A stretch of DNA of 64,000 bases from Myxococcota bacterium (GCA_039028615.1 JBCCHT010000011.1:199916-263915), one strand, 5' to 3'. Positions 1-11,200 are shown, counted from the stretch's first letter. Notes: a model not told the origin generated them from the sequence alone. A program made the numbers and translations.

Positions 1-1760
1 AAGAGCCGGTCGAGCCGCTGCTCGAGCTTCTGCGGTCCCCCGTGGCGCGCCACCAAGCCGCCGACGTCGTGGGGTACGAAGAAGCCGTACTGCCACGCGT
101 TGGCCTCGGTGTAGTGAATGTTGACCTCGCGCGGCTCGAAGTCAGGCACGAAGGCCCCGTTCTCGCGCGCCCGAAACAGCCCCGAGCTCGGGTCGAAGAT
201 GTTCTCCCAGTGCTGCGCTCGCGCCATGAAGCGCTCGTGCTCGGCTCGGTTGCCCACCCCCTCCGCGAGCACGGCGATGCACCAGTCGTCGTAGGCGTAC
301 TCGAGCGTCTTGGAGACCGACTCGTGCTCTTGCTCGGCCGGCACGAAGCCGTGGGTGCGATAGCCGGGCAACCCGAGGTGGTCGGCATCGGCCGAGGCGA
401 TGGAGGCCTGCAGGGCCTGCTCGAGGTCGAAATCGGTGATGCCCTTGGCCCATGCATCCACGATGACGGGCACCGCGTGGTAGCCGATCATCGTGCCCGT
501 GTAGTTGCCGGCCAGCTCCCACATGGGCAGCTGCCCGCCCGTCTGCGCCTGCGATAGCAGGGTGTGCACGAAGTCCCGCGTCCGCACCGGATCGATGAGC
601 GTCAGCAAGGGGTGCGTCGCCCGAAACGTGTCCCACAGCGAGAAGACGGTGTAGTTGGTGAAGTCGGGCGACTCGTGGATCTTCGCGTCCATCCCCCGGA
701 AGCGCCCGTCGACGTCCTCGTAGAGGTTGGGCGCCAACATCGAGTGGTAGAGCGCGGTGTAGAACATGCGCTGCTGAGCCTCGGTACCACCCTCGACCTC
801 GATGGTGCTCAAGGCCCGCTGCCAGCTGTCGTGGGCCTCGCCGCGATAGGCCTCGAAGTCCCAGTGGGGCGCCTCGGTCTCGAGGTTGCGCAGCGCCCCC
901 TGCTCGTCGACGGCGGACAGAGCCACCTGCACCAGCAGCGGCTCGTCGCTGGCGGCCGGCTCGAGCAAGAGGCGAACGTCCGGCCCGACATAGTGGACGG
1001 CCCCATCGGTGGAGCCCGGCTGCGGCGTGACGGCACTGACCGCGGTCACCCCCTCCACGGGCCGAGACAGCCGCATGGCAAAGAACACCCGCTGGTCGCG
1101 AGCCCACGACTTCGAGCGTCGCAGCCCCACGAAATCGGTCGCAGAGACCTGCTTCACCCAGGTATCGAGGACCTCGTCGCGATGCCGCAGGTCGAGATAG
1201 AGCGCCGGTCGCCCGGGCCCCTCGAAGGTGTAGCGATGCACGCCCACGCGCGGCGTCGCGGTGAGCTCGACCTGCACCGCCGGCTCGTCCAGCCGGACCC
1301 GATAGTCTCCGGGGTGGGCCTGCTCGTCCGCATGATCGAAGCGCGCGGCAAAGGGATGCTCGGGATCGCCGAGGCCGGCGGGTGCCCCCTCGCCCAGCAC
1401 CGTGGGCATCAGCAAGATGTCGGCATAGTCGGCGATGCCCGTGCCGCTGAGGTGGGTGTGGCTGAAGCCGTAGACCATCGAGTCGTCGTAGTGATAGCCG
1501 GAGCAGCCATCCCACCCGGTGAGCCGCGTGTCGGGGCTGAGCTGCACCATGCCGAAGGGGCGCGTGGCTCCGGGGAAGGTGTGCCCGTGCGCCTGCGTGC
1601 CGATGAAGGGATCGACCAGCGGCGTGGGATCGAAGCGCTCGGCCGTGGCGTCGGGCAGCCGAGGCAAGGGCGGCGTCTCGGCCGGCCCCTTCGCTCGGCA
1701 AGCGGCGAGGCTCACCAGCGCGACCGTGCAGATCGTGGCAGCAGTGTTCCAACCGGGCAT
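1..1760 (-). CDS. GH92 family alpha-1,2-mannosidase, putative lipoprotein (3' end runs off window)
   Basis: Not in the ORF track; read manually from ATG at 1760: MPGWNTAATICTVALVSLAAC... VDPFIGTQAHGHTFPGATRPFGMVQLSPDT..GWDGCSGYHYDD..GFSHTHLSGTG, the typical GH92 N-terminus; later FSLWDTFRA and MIGYHAV motifs. Confidence 0.92.
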   Translation of the reverse strand, partial: MPGWNTAATICTVALVSLAACRAKGPAETPPLPRLPDATAERFDPTPLVDPFIGTQAHGHTFPGATRPFGMVQLSPDTRLTGWDGCSGYHYDDSMVYGFSHTHLSGTGIADYADILLMPTVLGEGAPAGLGDPEHPFAARFDHADEQAHPGDYRVRLDEPAVQVELTATPRVGVHRYTFEGPGRPALYLDLRHRDEVLDTWVKQVSATDFVGLRRSKSWARDQRVFFAMRLSRPVEGVTAVSAVTPQPGSTDGAVHYVGPDVRLLLEPAASDEPLLVQVALSAVDEQGALRNLETEAPHWDFEAYRGEAHDSWQRALSTIEVEGGTEAQQRMFYTALYHSMLAPNLYEDVDGRFRGMDAKIHESPDFTNYTVFSLWDTFRATHPLLTLIDPVRTRDFVHTLLSQAQTGGQLPMWELAGNYTGTMIGYHAVPVIVDAWAKGITDFDLEQALQASIASADADHLGLPGYRTHGFVPAEQEHESVSKTLEYAYDDWCIAVLAEGVGNRAEHERFMARAQHWENIFDPSSGLFRARENGAFVPDFEPREVNIHYTEANAWQYGFFVPHDVGGLVARHGGPQKLEQRLDRL

Positions 1761-1761
1761 G

Positions 1762-2967
1762 TCAGTCCTGTCCTGTCGTTGTCGGTGATCGGGCGACGGT
1801 GGCGAACCACGCGATGTAGCCGTAGGCCAGCGCGGTCGACAGCAGCGCCACGCGATAGCCCCACTGGTCGGCGAGCAACCCCATGAGCACGGGGATCACC
1901 GCACCGCCCACGATGGCCATGACCAGCACCCCCGAGCCGCGGCGCGTCTCCTCGCCCAGGCCGTCGACGGCGAGCGAGAAGATGGTGGGGAACATGATCG
2001 AGTTGCACAGGCCCACCGCGAGCAGGAGCGGCACCGCGGTCGTCCCCATGGCGATGACGGTGAGCACCACCAGGCCGATGGCCAGGCCACAGGAGGCCAC
2101 CAAGACCCACGCGGGAGAGACCCGTCGCTGCAGCGCCGCCCCCACGAAGCGCCCGACCATCGCGGCGCCCCAGTAGTACGAGACGAGATAGCCCGCCTCC
2201 GAGGCATCCATGCCCGCGACCTCCGGGAGCCCGAAGAACAGCACGAGCACGCTGCCGATGCCGACCTCGGCCCCCACGTAGACGAAGATCGCGATGGCGC
2301 CGAGCCGCAGCCGACGGTGTCGCCAGATGCTCTGTCCCCCACGAGCGGCCGTGGGCGCGGCGCTGTCGATCGAGGGCAGCCGCACCAGCGAGAACACCAG
2401 CGCCAGCACCACCAACACCGCCGTGATGGCCAGGTAGGGCATGCGCACCGACTCCGCCCCCTGCCCCTCGAGGATGAGCCAGGCCCCCAACGCGGGCGCC
2501 AGCGTGGTGCCCAGCGAGTTGATGCCCTGCGTCAGGTTGAGGCGACTCGAGGCCGTGCGCGACGGACCCAGCAAGGTCACGTAGGGATTGGCCGCCACCT
2601 GCAGCACGGTGATGCCCGCCGCGAGCACGAACAAGGCGATCAAGAACGCCGCGTACGAGTGGATCCACGAGCTGAGGGCGAAGCACACCGCCCCGACCGC
2701 GGCGATGCCCAGCCCCGCCACGATGCCGCCGCGATACCCGACCCGACCGATCAGCCACCCCGCGGGGACCCCCATCACGAAGTAGGCGCCGAAGAAGCTC
2801 AGCTGCACCAGCATCGCCATGGTCGCGTTGAGATCGAACAACGCCTTGAGATGCGGCACGAGGATGTCGTTGAGCACCGTGACGAAGCCCCACATGAAGA
2901 AGAGCAGGGCCAGCAGGGCCAACGCCGCCGGGTAGGTGCCTTCGGAGGTGGAGCGCGGATTCGCCAA
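1762..2967 (-). CDS. MFS sugar:H+ symporter, FucP/GluP family
   Basis: LFFMWGF..LNDILVPHLK, LQVAANPYV, YVGAEV, SIMFPTIF and MAIVGGA motifs; about 12 hydrophobic segments. Confidence 0.92.
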   Translation of the reverse strand: MANPRSTSEGTYPAALALLALLFFMWGFVTVLNDILVPHLKALFDLNATMAMLVQLSFFGAYFVMGVPAGWLIGRVGYRGGIVAGLGIAAVGAVCFALSSWIHSYAAFLIALFVLAAGITVLQVAANPYVTLLGPSRTASSRLNLTQGINSLGTTLAPALGAWLILEGQGAESVRMPYLAITAVLVVLALVFSLVRLPSIDSAAPTAARGGQSIWRHRRLRLGAIAIFVYVGAEVGIGSVLVLFFGLPEVAGMDASEAGYLVSYYWGAAMVGRFVGAALQRRVSPAWVLVASCGLAIGLVVLTVIAMGTTAVPLLLAVGLCNSIMFPTIFSLAVDGLGEETRRGSGVLVMAIVGGAVIPVLMGLLADQWGYRVALLSTALAYGYIAWFATVARSPTTTGQD

Positions 2968-3185
2968 GGGCCGGACGATACCGCGGCTTCACCCGCCGCG
3001 GGGCCCCACCACGGCCCATCGCCTCGAACCGCGATCGGACGCTCCGCTGTTCGTCAACGCGGGGAAGCCCCCGTGCCGTCGTCGGGCGGACCCCCTGGTC
3101 GCGGGTCGATCCCCTCTCCGATCGAGGGTAGGCACGACGAACTGAGTCGAGGCATGAAACTTCTCGTGCTCTAGCGCGTCGGGAT

Positions 3186-4349
3186 GTGCCGATGATGGTG
3201 CGGTGGGTGGCGGCGACAGGATTGGTGGTGGGCATGGCCATGGCTTCGGGGTGCACGAAGGTGCGTGCACCCGAGCCGACCGCGGTGCCCGACCTGGCCC
3301 AAGCGACCTCGCAATCGAAGTGCGAGGTCCGTCGCAGCGCCGACAAGCCGCTGGTCATCGAGTGGCCCGCCGCCGACCGAGCCGCGCTCGAAGCCCGCGC
3401 CCGCGACAGCCTCGTCGCCGTGCGTTACCAGGGCTGCACGATGGAGGTGCTCAATCACTGTGACATCTCGGGCAGCTACGACTATGTGGCGCTCAATCCC
3501 AAGCACGAGCAGGTGAAGATCCGCGAGGCCGACGAGCTGTACGCGCGGCTTCCGGTCGGGGCCGCGGCCCTCGAAGGCAAGCTCGAGCGTAGCGGCGAGC
3601 TGGTCATCGACCTGTCGATCGTGGGTCGACACCAGGCCGATCGCCACGTCGTGTCCGATCGAGAGCTCGAAGGCCGCTGTGAAGGTGCCACGCATGTGCT
3701 CACCGGGCTGACCGTCGGCGCGTTCACGCTGCGCCAGGCCGCCCACGGCGAGGCGGGAGCGCATGCCAAGGCCGGTCCCGCGGGCGCGGGGGGCTCGATC
3801 GAGCGCTCCCACGAGATGCTGGCCCGCGACGGCGATCCCCAGTCATGCGAGCACCCGACCGCGGACGAGCTCGCCTCCAGCCAATCGCAGCCCCCCGCCC
3901 GCTGCGGCGCTCTGCTGCGCGTCGAAGCGGTCCCGTTGGTTCGCTCCACCGTCGCCAGCACCAGCAACAGCACCAGCACCAGCCCCACTGCGGCCGAGCC
4001 GACTTCCCGAGACCTGAAGCGCTCCCATCGTCGCGCGGTGGCCTGGCGGGCGACGGCCGCGACTTCGGGCGTGCTCGCGGCGGCCTCCGTGGGCGGAATC
4101 TTCGGCGGCGGCGTGCTGATCGCTCAGGCCAACGATCACGCGGTATGGGAAGAGCCCACCGCCGACGACCTGAGAAAGAAGCGGATCGGCACGGGCATGC
4201 TCATCGGCTCCTCGATTGGGGTGATGGGCTTCAGCACCCTGGCCGTCGTCGCCGCGACCGCGTCCCGCCGCGCTCGCTTCGAACGCCTCGCCGTCACCCC
4301 CACCCTCGGACCCACGGGCGGCGGCCTCCAGCTCATGGCGCGGTTCTAA
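3186..4349 (+). CDS. Hypothetical lipoprotein with C-terminal transmembrane segments
   Basis: Lipobox MASGC; Cys-containing N-domain (PLVIEWP...VRYQGC); two hydrophobic helices near the C-terminus. Confidence 0.7.
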   Translation: MPMMVRWVAATGLVVGMAMASGCTKVRAPEPTAVPDLAQATSQSKCEVRRSADKPLVIEWPAADRAALEARARDSLVAVRYQGCTMEVLNHCDISGSYDYVALNPKHEQVKIREADELYARLPVGAAALEGKLERSGELVIDLSIVGRHQADRHVVSDRELEGRCEGATHVLTGLTVGAFTLRQAAHGEAGAHAKAGPAGAGGSIERSHEMLARDGDPQSCEHPTADELASSQSQPPARCGALLRVEAVPLVRSTVASTSNSTSTSPTAAEPTSRDLKRSHRRAVAWRATAATSGVLAAASVGGIFGGGVLIAQANDHAVWEEPTADDLRKKRIGTGMLIGSSIGVMGFSTLAVVAATASRRARFERLAVTPTLGPTGGGLQLMARF

Positions 4350-5044
4350 GCCGTCGTGTCGGGCGGGTCGCCCAAGTACACCGATAGATAGCGGCGCAGC
4401 ATCAGCTTGGTCTCCGCCACCAACGCCTCGCCTTCCCCCGAGTCTTCGGCGCGCACGACCGCCAGCATCAACGTCACCACCGCGTTGACCAGCGTGGTGG
4501 CGACGATCCTTCGCTTCGCGGCCTCGAGCGTGGGCACCCAGCCCGCGAACAAACCCGCCGTCGCCTCGATGAGCTCTTGCGTCATCGCCTGATCGGCCTC
4601 GGCAAACTCTCCGTACAGATCGAGGTTGCGCCAGATCGCCTGCATCTCGACGACCTCGTGGTTGATGCGCACGAAGCCGTCGATGAAGCGGTCGAGCAGC
4701 GCAGCCCAGGGTTGCGACAGCGGGTCCGTGCCCAGCATCTCCACATAGGACTGCCGCGTCAGCTTCAGGCAACGGTCGGCCACCTCGACGAACAACGCCC
4801 GCTTGTTCGGAAAGAACTGATAGACCGATCCGATGGACGTGCCCGCCCGCGCGGCGATGCCTTCCATGGTCGTGTCGCCGAAGCCGAACTGCGCGAACGA
4901 CTCGGCCGCGGCCTGCACGATGCTCTCGAAGCGGCGCTGACTGCGCGCCTGCGTCGGCCGACGTCGCTCCGATGGGGCCGCGGGGGCCTTGCGACGCGAA
5001 CTCGCGACCTTGTTCGTCGCTTTCGCGTTCTTGCTGCGCGCCAC
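4346..5044 (-). CDS. TetR/AcrR family transcriptional regulator
   Basis: PTQARSQRRFESIVQAAAESF...TTMEGIAARAGTSIGSVYQFFPNK HTH. GTG at 5044 preferred because a TTGACA -35 lies at 5080-5075; TTG at 5050 is the alternative. Confidence 0.92.
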   Translation of the reverse strand: MARSKNAKATNKVASSRRKAPAAPSERRRPTQARSQRRFESIVQAAAESFAQFGFGDTTMEGIAARAGTSIGSVYQFFPNKRALFVEVADRCLKLTRQSYVEMLGTDPLSQPWAALLDRFIDGFVRINHEVVEMQAIWRNLDLYGEFAEADQAMTQELIEATAGLFAGWVPTLEAAKRRIVATTLVNAVVTLMLAVVRAEDSGEGEALVAETKLMLRRYLSVYLGDPPDTTA

Positions 5045-5054
5045 TTGCAAAATC

Positions 5055-5068
5055 TGAGGCTAGCCTCA
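5055..5068. promoter_or_regulatory. Perfect 14-bp palindrome TGAGGCTAGCCTCA, putative TetR operator 1
   Basis: Self-complementary; lies between the divergent TetR and P450 starts. Confidence 0.75.
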
Positions 5069-5082
5069 TGTTGTTGTCAAAC

Positions 5083-6468
5083 ATGAGGACGGCCTCACAT
5101 TCTTCCACGCCCCCGTTCGTCGCCGCCCCCCGCGACGGGCTCCCGCCGGGACCACCGGGGGTGCCGCTGCTGGCCATCATTCGTCTGCTGCGCAATCCGC
5201 TGCAGACCCTCACCGCCACCCGCGAGCAGTACGGCGACGTCACCTGCTTCCGGGTGGGGAAGATCCGCTTCGTGTCGGTGGCCGATCCCGAGCTCGCGCA
5301 CCACGTGCTGGTCCGCAACCACCGAAACTACATCAAGAGCGCCAGCTACCAGGGGCTTCAGCTCGTGCTGGGCCAAGGCCTGGTGACGAGCGAGGGCAGC
5401 CACTGGCGACGCCAACGCAAGCTCGCCCAGCCCGCGTTCCATCGGCAGCGCCTGGCCAAGCTCGCGGAGACCATGGCCGAGTGCGTGCACGAGCGGCTCG
5501 AGCAATGGGACGCCCGCCAGAGCCCCGAGGTCGACCTGCACGAAGAGATGATGCAGCTGACCCTGCGCATCGTGGGACGGACCCTCTTCGGCACCGACCT
5601 CGGCTCGGACCTCGGCGACCTCGGCCCGGTGATCACCACCTGCCTGCACAAGGCCAACGACTACGCCGAGTCCATCGTCAAGGTGCCGCTGTGGGTGCCC
5701 ACGCCCTCCAACCTCCGCTTCAATCGCGCCAAGAAGCGGCTCGACGACATCGTCCACGAGATCATCGAGCAGCGTCGCACCAGCGGGGAGGAGCGCGACG
5801 ACGTGCTGGGCATGCTCATGGGCGCGACCGACGACAGCGGCACCGAGCGCATGAGCGACCAGCAGCTGCGCGACGAGGTCATGACCCTGTTCATGGCCGG
5901 GCACGAGACCATCGCCACCGCCATGAGCTGGACCTGGATGCTGCTGCACGAGCACCCGGAGATCGCCCGCGAGGTCCGGGCCGAAGCGCAATCGGTGCTC
6001 GGCGGCTGGGCCCCCGGCTTCGACGATCTACCCAAGCTCACCTACACCGGCCGCGTCGTCGACGAGGTCATGCGGCTGTATCCCCCCGCGTGGATCGTCG
6101 AGCGCGAGGCGGTGGCCGACGACCAGCTCGGTCCGTGGTCCATCCCCGCGGGCACCACCGTCGCCGTCTCACCGTGGCTGATGCATCGCCATCCCGACTT
6201 GTGGGAGCGGCCCGAGCACTTCGACCCCGATCGCTTCACGGCCGAGCGCGCGGCCGACCGCCCCAAGCACGCGTACCTCCCCTTCGGCGCAGGGCCGCGG
6301 ATCTGCATCGGCAATCACTTCGCGCTGATGGAGGCCAAGATCATCCTGGCCACCATGATCCAGCGCTACGACATCGAGCTGGTCGACCCCGACGCGATCG
6401 TGCTCGACCCCCGCGTGACCTTGCGACCGCGCAACGGTATGCCTGCCCGCATCCGACCTTGCTCGTAG
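5083..6468 (+). CDS. Cytochrome P450
   Basis: I-helix AGHET, K-helix EVMRLYPP, FDPDRF, heme ligand PFGAGPRICIG. Confidence 0.97.
   Translation: MRTASHSSTPPFVAAPRDGLPPGPPGVPLLAIIRLLRNPLQTLTATREQYGDVTCFRVGKIRFVSVADPELAHHVLVRNHRNYIKSASYQGLQLVLGQGLVTSEGSHWRRQRKLAQPAFHRQRLAKLAETMAECVHERLEQWDARQSPEVDLHEEMMQLTLRIVGRTLFGTDLGSDLGDLGPVITTCLHKANDYAESIVKVPLWVPTPSNLRFNRAKKRLDDIVHEIIEQRRTSGEERDDVLGMLMGATDDSGTERMSDQQLRDEVMTLFMAGHETIATAMSWTWMLLHEHPEIAREVRAEAQSVLGGWAPGFDDLPKLTYTGRVVDEVMRLYPPAWIVEREAVADDQLGPWSIPAGTTVAVSPWLMHRHPDLWERPEHFDPDRFTAERAADRPKHAYLPFGAGPRICIGNHFALMEAKIILATMIQRYDIELVDPDAIVLDPRVTLRPRNGMPARIRPCS
5084..5097. promoter_or_regulatory. TGAGG-ACGG-CCTCA, putative TetR operator 2
   Basis: Same TGAGG-N4-CCTCA half-sites as 5055-5068; overlaps the P450 start codon. 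Confidence 0.7.
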
Positions 6469-6568
6469 TCTCCACCACAATTGCGGCAAAAGCCGTGGAA
6501 CGTCGCCAGGCGAAGGTCGTTCAGCCACCGGCGAACCAACCCGCGGTACCGGTCCTTCCGGCGGCCTA

Positions 6569-7159
6569 TTGAGCAATCCCCATGCTGGCGGACGCCCCGG
6601 TTCGCTCGCCGCTACGCCCGCTGCCGACCCGGTGGTAGGCTCCCGCTCCGTGGCGGTCTTCAGCCCCGAAGATGGCGATCATCTCGACTTCCAAGTCCTC
6701 GCCGCCGGCGGCGTGTCGCTGTACTTCCAGCACGAGGTCCTCGCCGAAGACCTCGCGGCGCTCGCAATCGAGAGCTACGAGATCGTCCAGTTCGACGAAG
6801 AGGCGCTGGACTCGGTCGAGGGCTTCCACTTCGAGGCTCGACTCAAGCTCGGCTTCCCCGAGACCTACGAGCCCACCGTGGCGAGCCTCCGCGACGCGCT
6901 GTCGAAGATGTCGATCTCCGAGTCGGGCGGCATGGCGCTGATCCTGCCCGGCATCGAGCGCATCGCGGCCGAAGACCGCAACGGGCTGCAGGAGATCCTC
7001 GACGTCATCTTCGAGCTGTCGCACCGCTTCATGCTCACCGGGCGCCGCTTCCTCGCCCTGCTGCAGAGCGACGACCCCGAGCTCGAGCTCGGCACACTGG
7101 GCGCACGCCCGATCCCCTGGAACTCGCGAGAGTCCGAAGGCTGGACCCGCGGGCTCTAA
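6569..7159 (+). CDS. Barstar-like (RNase inhibitor family) protein
   Basis: LGFPETY...SLRDALS..., LILPGIERIA...ILDVIFELSHRFMLTGRRFLALLQSDDP pattern resembles the barstar family. Confidence 0.6.
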   Translation: MSNPHAGGRPGSLAATPAADPVVGSRSVAVFSPEDGDHLDFQVLAAGGVSLYFQHEVLAEDLAALAIESYEIVQFDEEALDSVEGFHFEARLKLGFPETYEPTVASLRDALSKMSISESGGMALILPGIERIAAEDRNGLQEILDVIFELSHRFMLTGRRFLALLQSDDPELELGTLGARPIPWNSRESEGWTRGL

Positions 7160-7174
7160 AAGGTCCCGCTCGCG

Positions 7175-8026
7175 ATGCTCTTCGCCAGCACCGAGCTCGT
7201 GGCTCGCATCGAGCGAGCCGAGTGCAGCCTGCTCACCGACGGCGCCGCCTCGACCGGCCGTCGGCATCCGAACATCGAGGTCTTCACCCGTGAGATCTCC
7301 GGGGGCGTCGCCACGCATGCCGGACCCGACTCGCCCCTGAACAAGGTCGCGGGCCTGGGCTTCGACGGCTCGGTCGACGAGGCCGAGCTCGAGGCGATCG
7401 AGCAGATCTTCCATCACCGTGACACTCCGGTTCAGGTGGAGCTGTCGTGCCTCGCCGATCCCGGCATCGGGGGCATGCTCAGCGACCGCGGCTACCGATT
7501 GGTGGGCTTCGAAAACGTGCTCGGGTGCCCGCTCACGCCCGATCGCCAGGCTCCGTCCACGCCCGACATCGAGATCGTCGCCACTGCCGACGATGATCTC
7601 GCCGCCTGGGTCGATGTCGTGGTCACTGGTTTTGCGACGCCTGATACCGAGGGCGTGGCCTCGCCGGAAGAATTTCCTCGCGAGGCGCTCGAGCGAGTCC
7701 TCGGCGACATGGCCAGCTCGACCGGCTTCAGCCGTTATCTGGCCCGACGTGGGGGAGAGATCGCGGGCGGCGGCAGCCTGCGGCAAAGTGAGGGTATCGC
7801 GCAGCTGTGCGGCGCTTCGACTCTACCCGCGCATCGTCGTCGCGGAGTCCAAACCGCCCTGCTGCACACGCGACTGGCCCTTGCGGCGCAGTCTGGCTGC
7901 GACCTGGCGATCATGACCACGCTGCCGGGCTCTCGCTCGCAGAAGAACGCCCAGCGCCGCGGGTTCCAACTACTGTACACCCGGGCAATCCTTCAGCGCA
8001 GCCCCGGCGGCGACAGAACCCTCTAA
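7175..8026 (+). CDS. GNAT family N-acetyltransferase
   Basis: Acetyl-CoA motif ASTLPAHRRRGVQTALL; SQKNAQRRGF. Confidence 0.9.
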   Translation: MLFASTELVARIERAECSLLTDGAASTGRRHPNIEVFTREISGGVATHAGPDSPLNKVAGLGFDGSVDEAELEAIEQIFHHRDTPVQVELSCLADPGIGGMLSDRGYRLVGFENVLGCPLTPDRQAPSTPDIEIVATADDDLAAWVDVVVTGFATPDTEGVASPEEFPREALERVLGDMASSTGFSRYLARRGGEIAGGGSLRQSEGIAQLCGASTLPAHRRRGVQTALLHTRLALAAQSGCDLAIMTTLPGSRSQKNAQRRGFQLLYTRAILQRSPGGDRTL

Positions 8027-8213
8027 ACGCGATTCTCAGGGGGCGACGAGGGCCGCGCGATGACGCGCCACGCCCAATTCACGCGCCTTCGCACGCGCCA
8101 ATGCGTCCTTTCGCGCTTGCCCTTCCCGGCCGGCCTGCACGATCATCGGGGCCGCTCGGCTCGGCGGGGCTCCTGCCCACGTCGCCCGCGCAACGGAGAA
8201 GAGGATCCGAATC

Positions 8214-11200
8214 GTGCCCAAAGCATTGCGCCCAGCCCTGTCGCGTGCCGCCCTGTCGTTAGGCCTCACGATCGCCGCTCCCCTCGGTGCAGCGATCGCC
8301 CTGATGCCCGGCTCCGCCGAAGCCGCGGAGAACGGAACGATCAGCGGTGTCGTCACCCACGGCAAGACCAAAGAGCGCATCCCCGAAGCGCTGGTCATCT
8401 TGCAGTGCTCCTGTCTCCAGGACGCCCGCGAGACGCAGACCAACTCGAACGGTCTGTACGCGTTCCGCAACCTGCCGCCGGGGACCTACACCATTCAGAT
8501 CCTCGCCGGGCAGGCGGACGTCGCCAAGGTTGCGACCCTGCCCCGCGGCGCAAAGTTTCGCGCAAACTTCACGGTCGACCCGGACGACGAGTTCCGCCGG
8601 GTGATCCGCGTCGAGTCGGCGCCGGTCGAGCAGCGCACTTCGGTGGGCCGCACGGTGAGCATGGAGGAGTTCCGCAACATTCCGGTCGGTAACTCCACCG
8701 GTCGCGACTTCACCCAGGTCGTCGAGTCCTCCGCCACCGCCTCCCGCGACTCCGCCGGCATCAGCCTTGCCGGTACCACCGGCGCCGAGTCGAAGTACAC
8801 GGTCGAGGGCGCCAACGTGAACAACCCCGCCTTCGGTACCGTGGGCGCGTCGATCGTCCAGGAGTTCGTCGAGACGGTCGAGGTCCAGGAGTCCGGCTAC
8901 GACGCCGAGTTCGGTGGTGCTTCGGGTGGTCAGGTCAGCGCCCGCCGCGTGTCCGGTACCAACCAGACGCGTGGTGTCGCCCGCTTCACCTACACGCCGC
9001 GACTCGCCACGCCGCGCTTCATCCAGGCCACCGACAACGCGGTCCGGGCCACCGAGACCCCCGACTTCGTCATGCAGGGCGTGGTCGTGGCCAGCGGCCC
9101 CATCATCAAGGACAAGCTGTTCTGGTCCGCGGGCATCTCGGCCACGGGTGGTCGTAGCTCGCTGCTGCAGACCTTCCACAACCGGATCGACAAGGACGGG
9201 TCCGGCGGCTACGAGGACTGCCCCTACCAAAACGGCAACAACGACTGTGTCGACGGCGGTGACTACATCTCCACCGAGAAGTTCGCCGACCAGAAGTTCT
9301 TCACCGGTGCGGTGCAGGCCGGCTACCAGCTGGGCATCGACTGGGCCATCAACCCCCGTCACCGCATCCGCTTCACCTTGGGTGGCGCGCCGAACTTCAC
9401 TCGCCGCACCTACCGTCGCTCGGCGACCAGCCCGCTCAACCCCACGCTGACCGCCGACCCGCTGGGCGGCGGCTCGCTCGTCGCCAACGGCGTGGTCAAC
9501 GAGCACTTCGGCTGGGACCGCAACAACTCGATCAACACCTCGGCCCGGTACCTCGGTCGTATCGCCGACGACAAGATCGAGATCGACGCCACCTTGGCCT
9601 ACGCCCAGTTCGCCAACGAGGTGGCCTGGCGGGTCGACAACCCCGAGCTGCTCAACACCCCCGCCACGCAGGAGACCGACTCCGAGGGCGAGAACCTCTT
9701 CGAGTTCCTCGACCGCGACGGCCGCCTCGACCTCGTGCCCGGCGTGGCCGAGGCCTGTAACGCCTCCAGCCTGCCCGGCCTCGCGTGCCCGGTGCGCCTG
9801 TGGCTGTCCGGCGGTGTCGGCCAGATCAGCGTCGACCGCTCGCGTCGCGCCGAGGGTCGCCTGGCCCTGACCCACTTCTTCAACGCGGCCGGTGCCCACC
9901 AGGTCAAGTACGGCGTGCACTTCGAGCACCTCGCTCGACGCACCGTGGCCAGCTACTCCGGCCAGAACGCGGGCGACTTCTACAGCAACTGCTCGGCCAA
10001 CGGCCTGGGCGGACAGGCCCCCGACGAGGGCGGCGAGTGGTGCTACGACGCCGCCAACAACCAGTACAACATCACCACCGTCAACCGGGTCGACAACCAC
10101 CGCTACATCCTGGTGGACACCGACAACCCGGACCTGCGGACCTCCGTCGGCTACGGTCGTGTCCGCAAGGAGCAGGGTGAGCTGCGAGCCATCGCCACCC
10201 CGCTCGGCGCGGGTGCTCGCGTCCCCGCCTACGACGAGACGCTGACCACTCAGAACTACGGCGTCTTCCTGCAGGACAAGTGGGCCATCCTCTCCAACTT
10301 GTTCCTCTCCGCGGGTGTCCGCTGGGAGCTCCAGGACATGCGCGACGTCCTCGGCGAGCGCGCCATGCTCATCTGGGACAACGTCGCTCCGCGCGTGGGC
10401 GTCGTCTACGACTGGACGGACGAGGGTCGTAGCCGCCTCTTCGCCAGCTACGGCTGGTTCTACCAGCCCCTGCCCGTGCAGCTGAACTCCCGCGTCTTCG
10501 GTGGCCTCGTCACCGTGCGCCGGACCTACCGCAACGCGCAGTGCCAGGGCCAGCAGGTCACCATCAACGGCGAGACCTTCTCCCGCGAGGAGAGCGGTCA
10601 GCCCACCGAGTACTGCCCCGACTTCGCCTCGAGCACCACGCAGCTCACCGAGGGCGCCGTCGTCCCGCGGCTCCGCGGTCAGTACAACCAGCAGTTCCAG
10701 GTCGGGTACGAACAAGAGGTCATCGAGGACCTGACCCTCGGCGTCCGCTGGCTGCACACCGACCTGGGTCGGGCCGTCGAGGACATCTCCACCAACGGTG
10801 GCCTCAATTTCATCATCGCCAACCCCGGCGTCGCCGTCGACCAAGAGGACCTCAGCCGGCAGCAAGCCGAGTGTGACGCCCTCGAGAGTCAGCTCGACGG
10901 CCTCGACATGGACGCCTCGGACCGCCCGCAGATCGCCCGCGAGCTGCAGCGCTGCCTGTTCCTCGCCGACGCCTTCGGCAAGATCAACCAGCTCTTCGAC
11001 CGGCCGCGGCGTAACTTCGACGCCTTCACCTTCGAGGTGAAAAAGCGCTTCGCTCGCAACTGGACCCTGCTCGGCAGCTACACCTTCAGCCGTCTCATCG
11101 GTAACTACGACGGCTTCGTCGACCCCATCAGCGGCAACGTCAACATCGGTGCCAGCGTCCAGTACGACATTCCCGAGCTCGTTCGGAACAGCTTCGGTCC

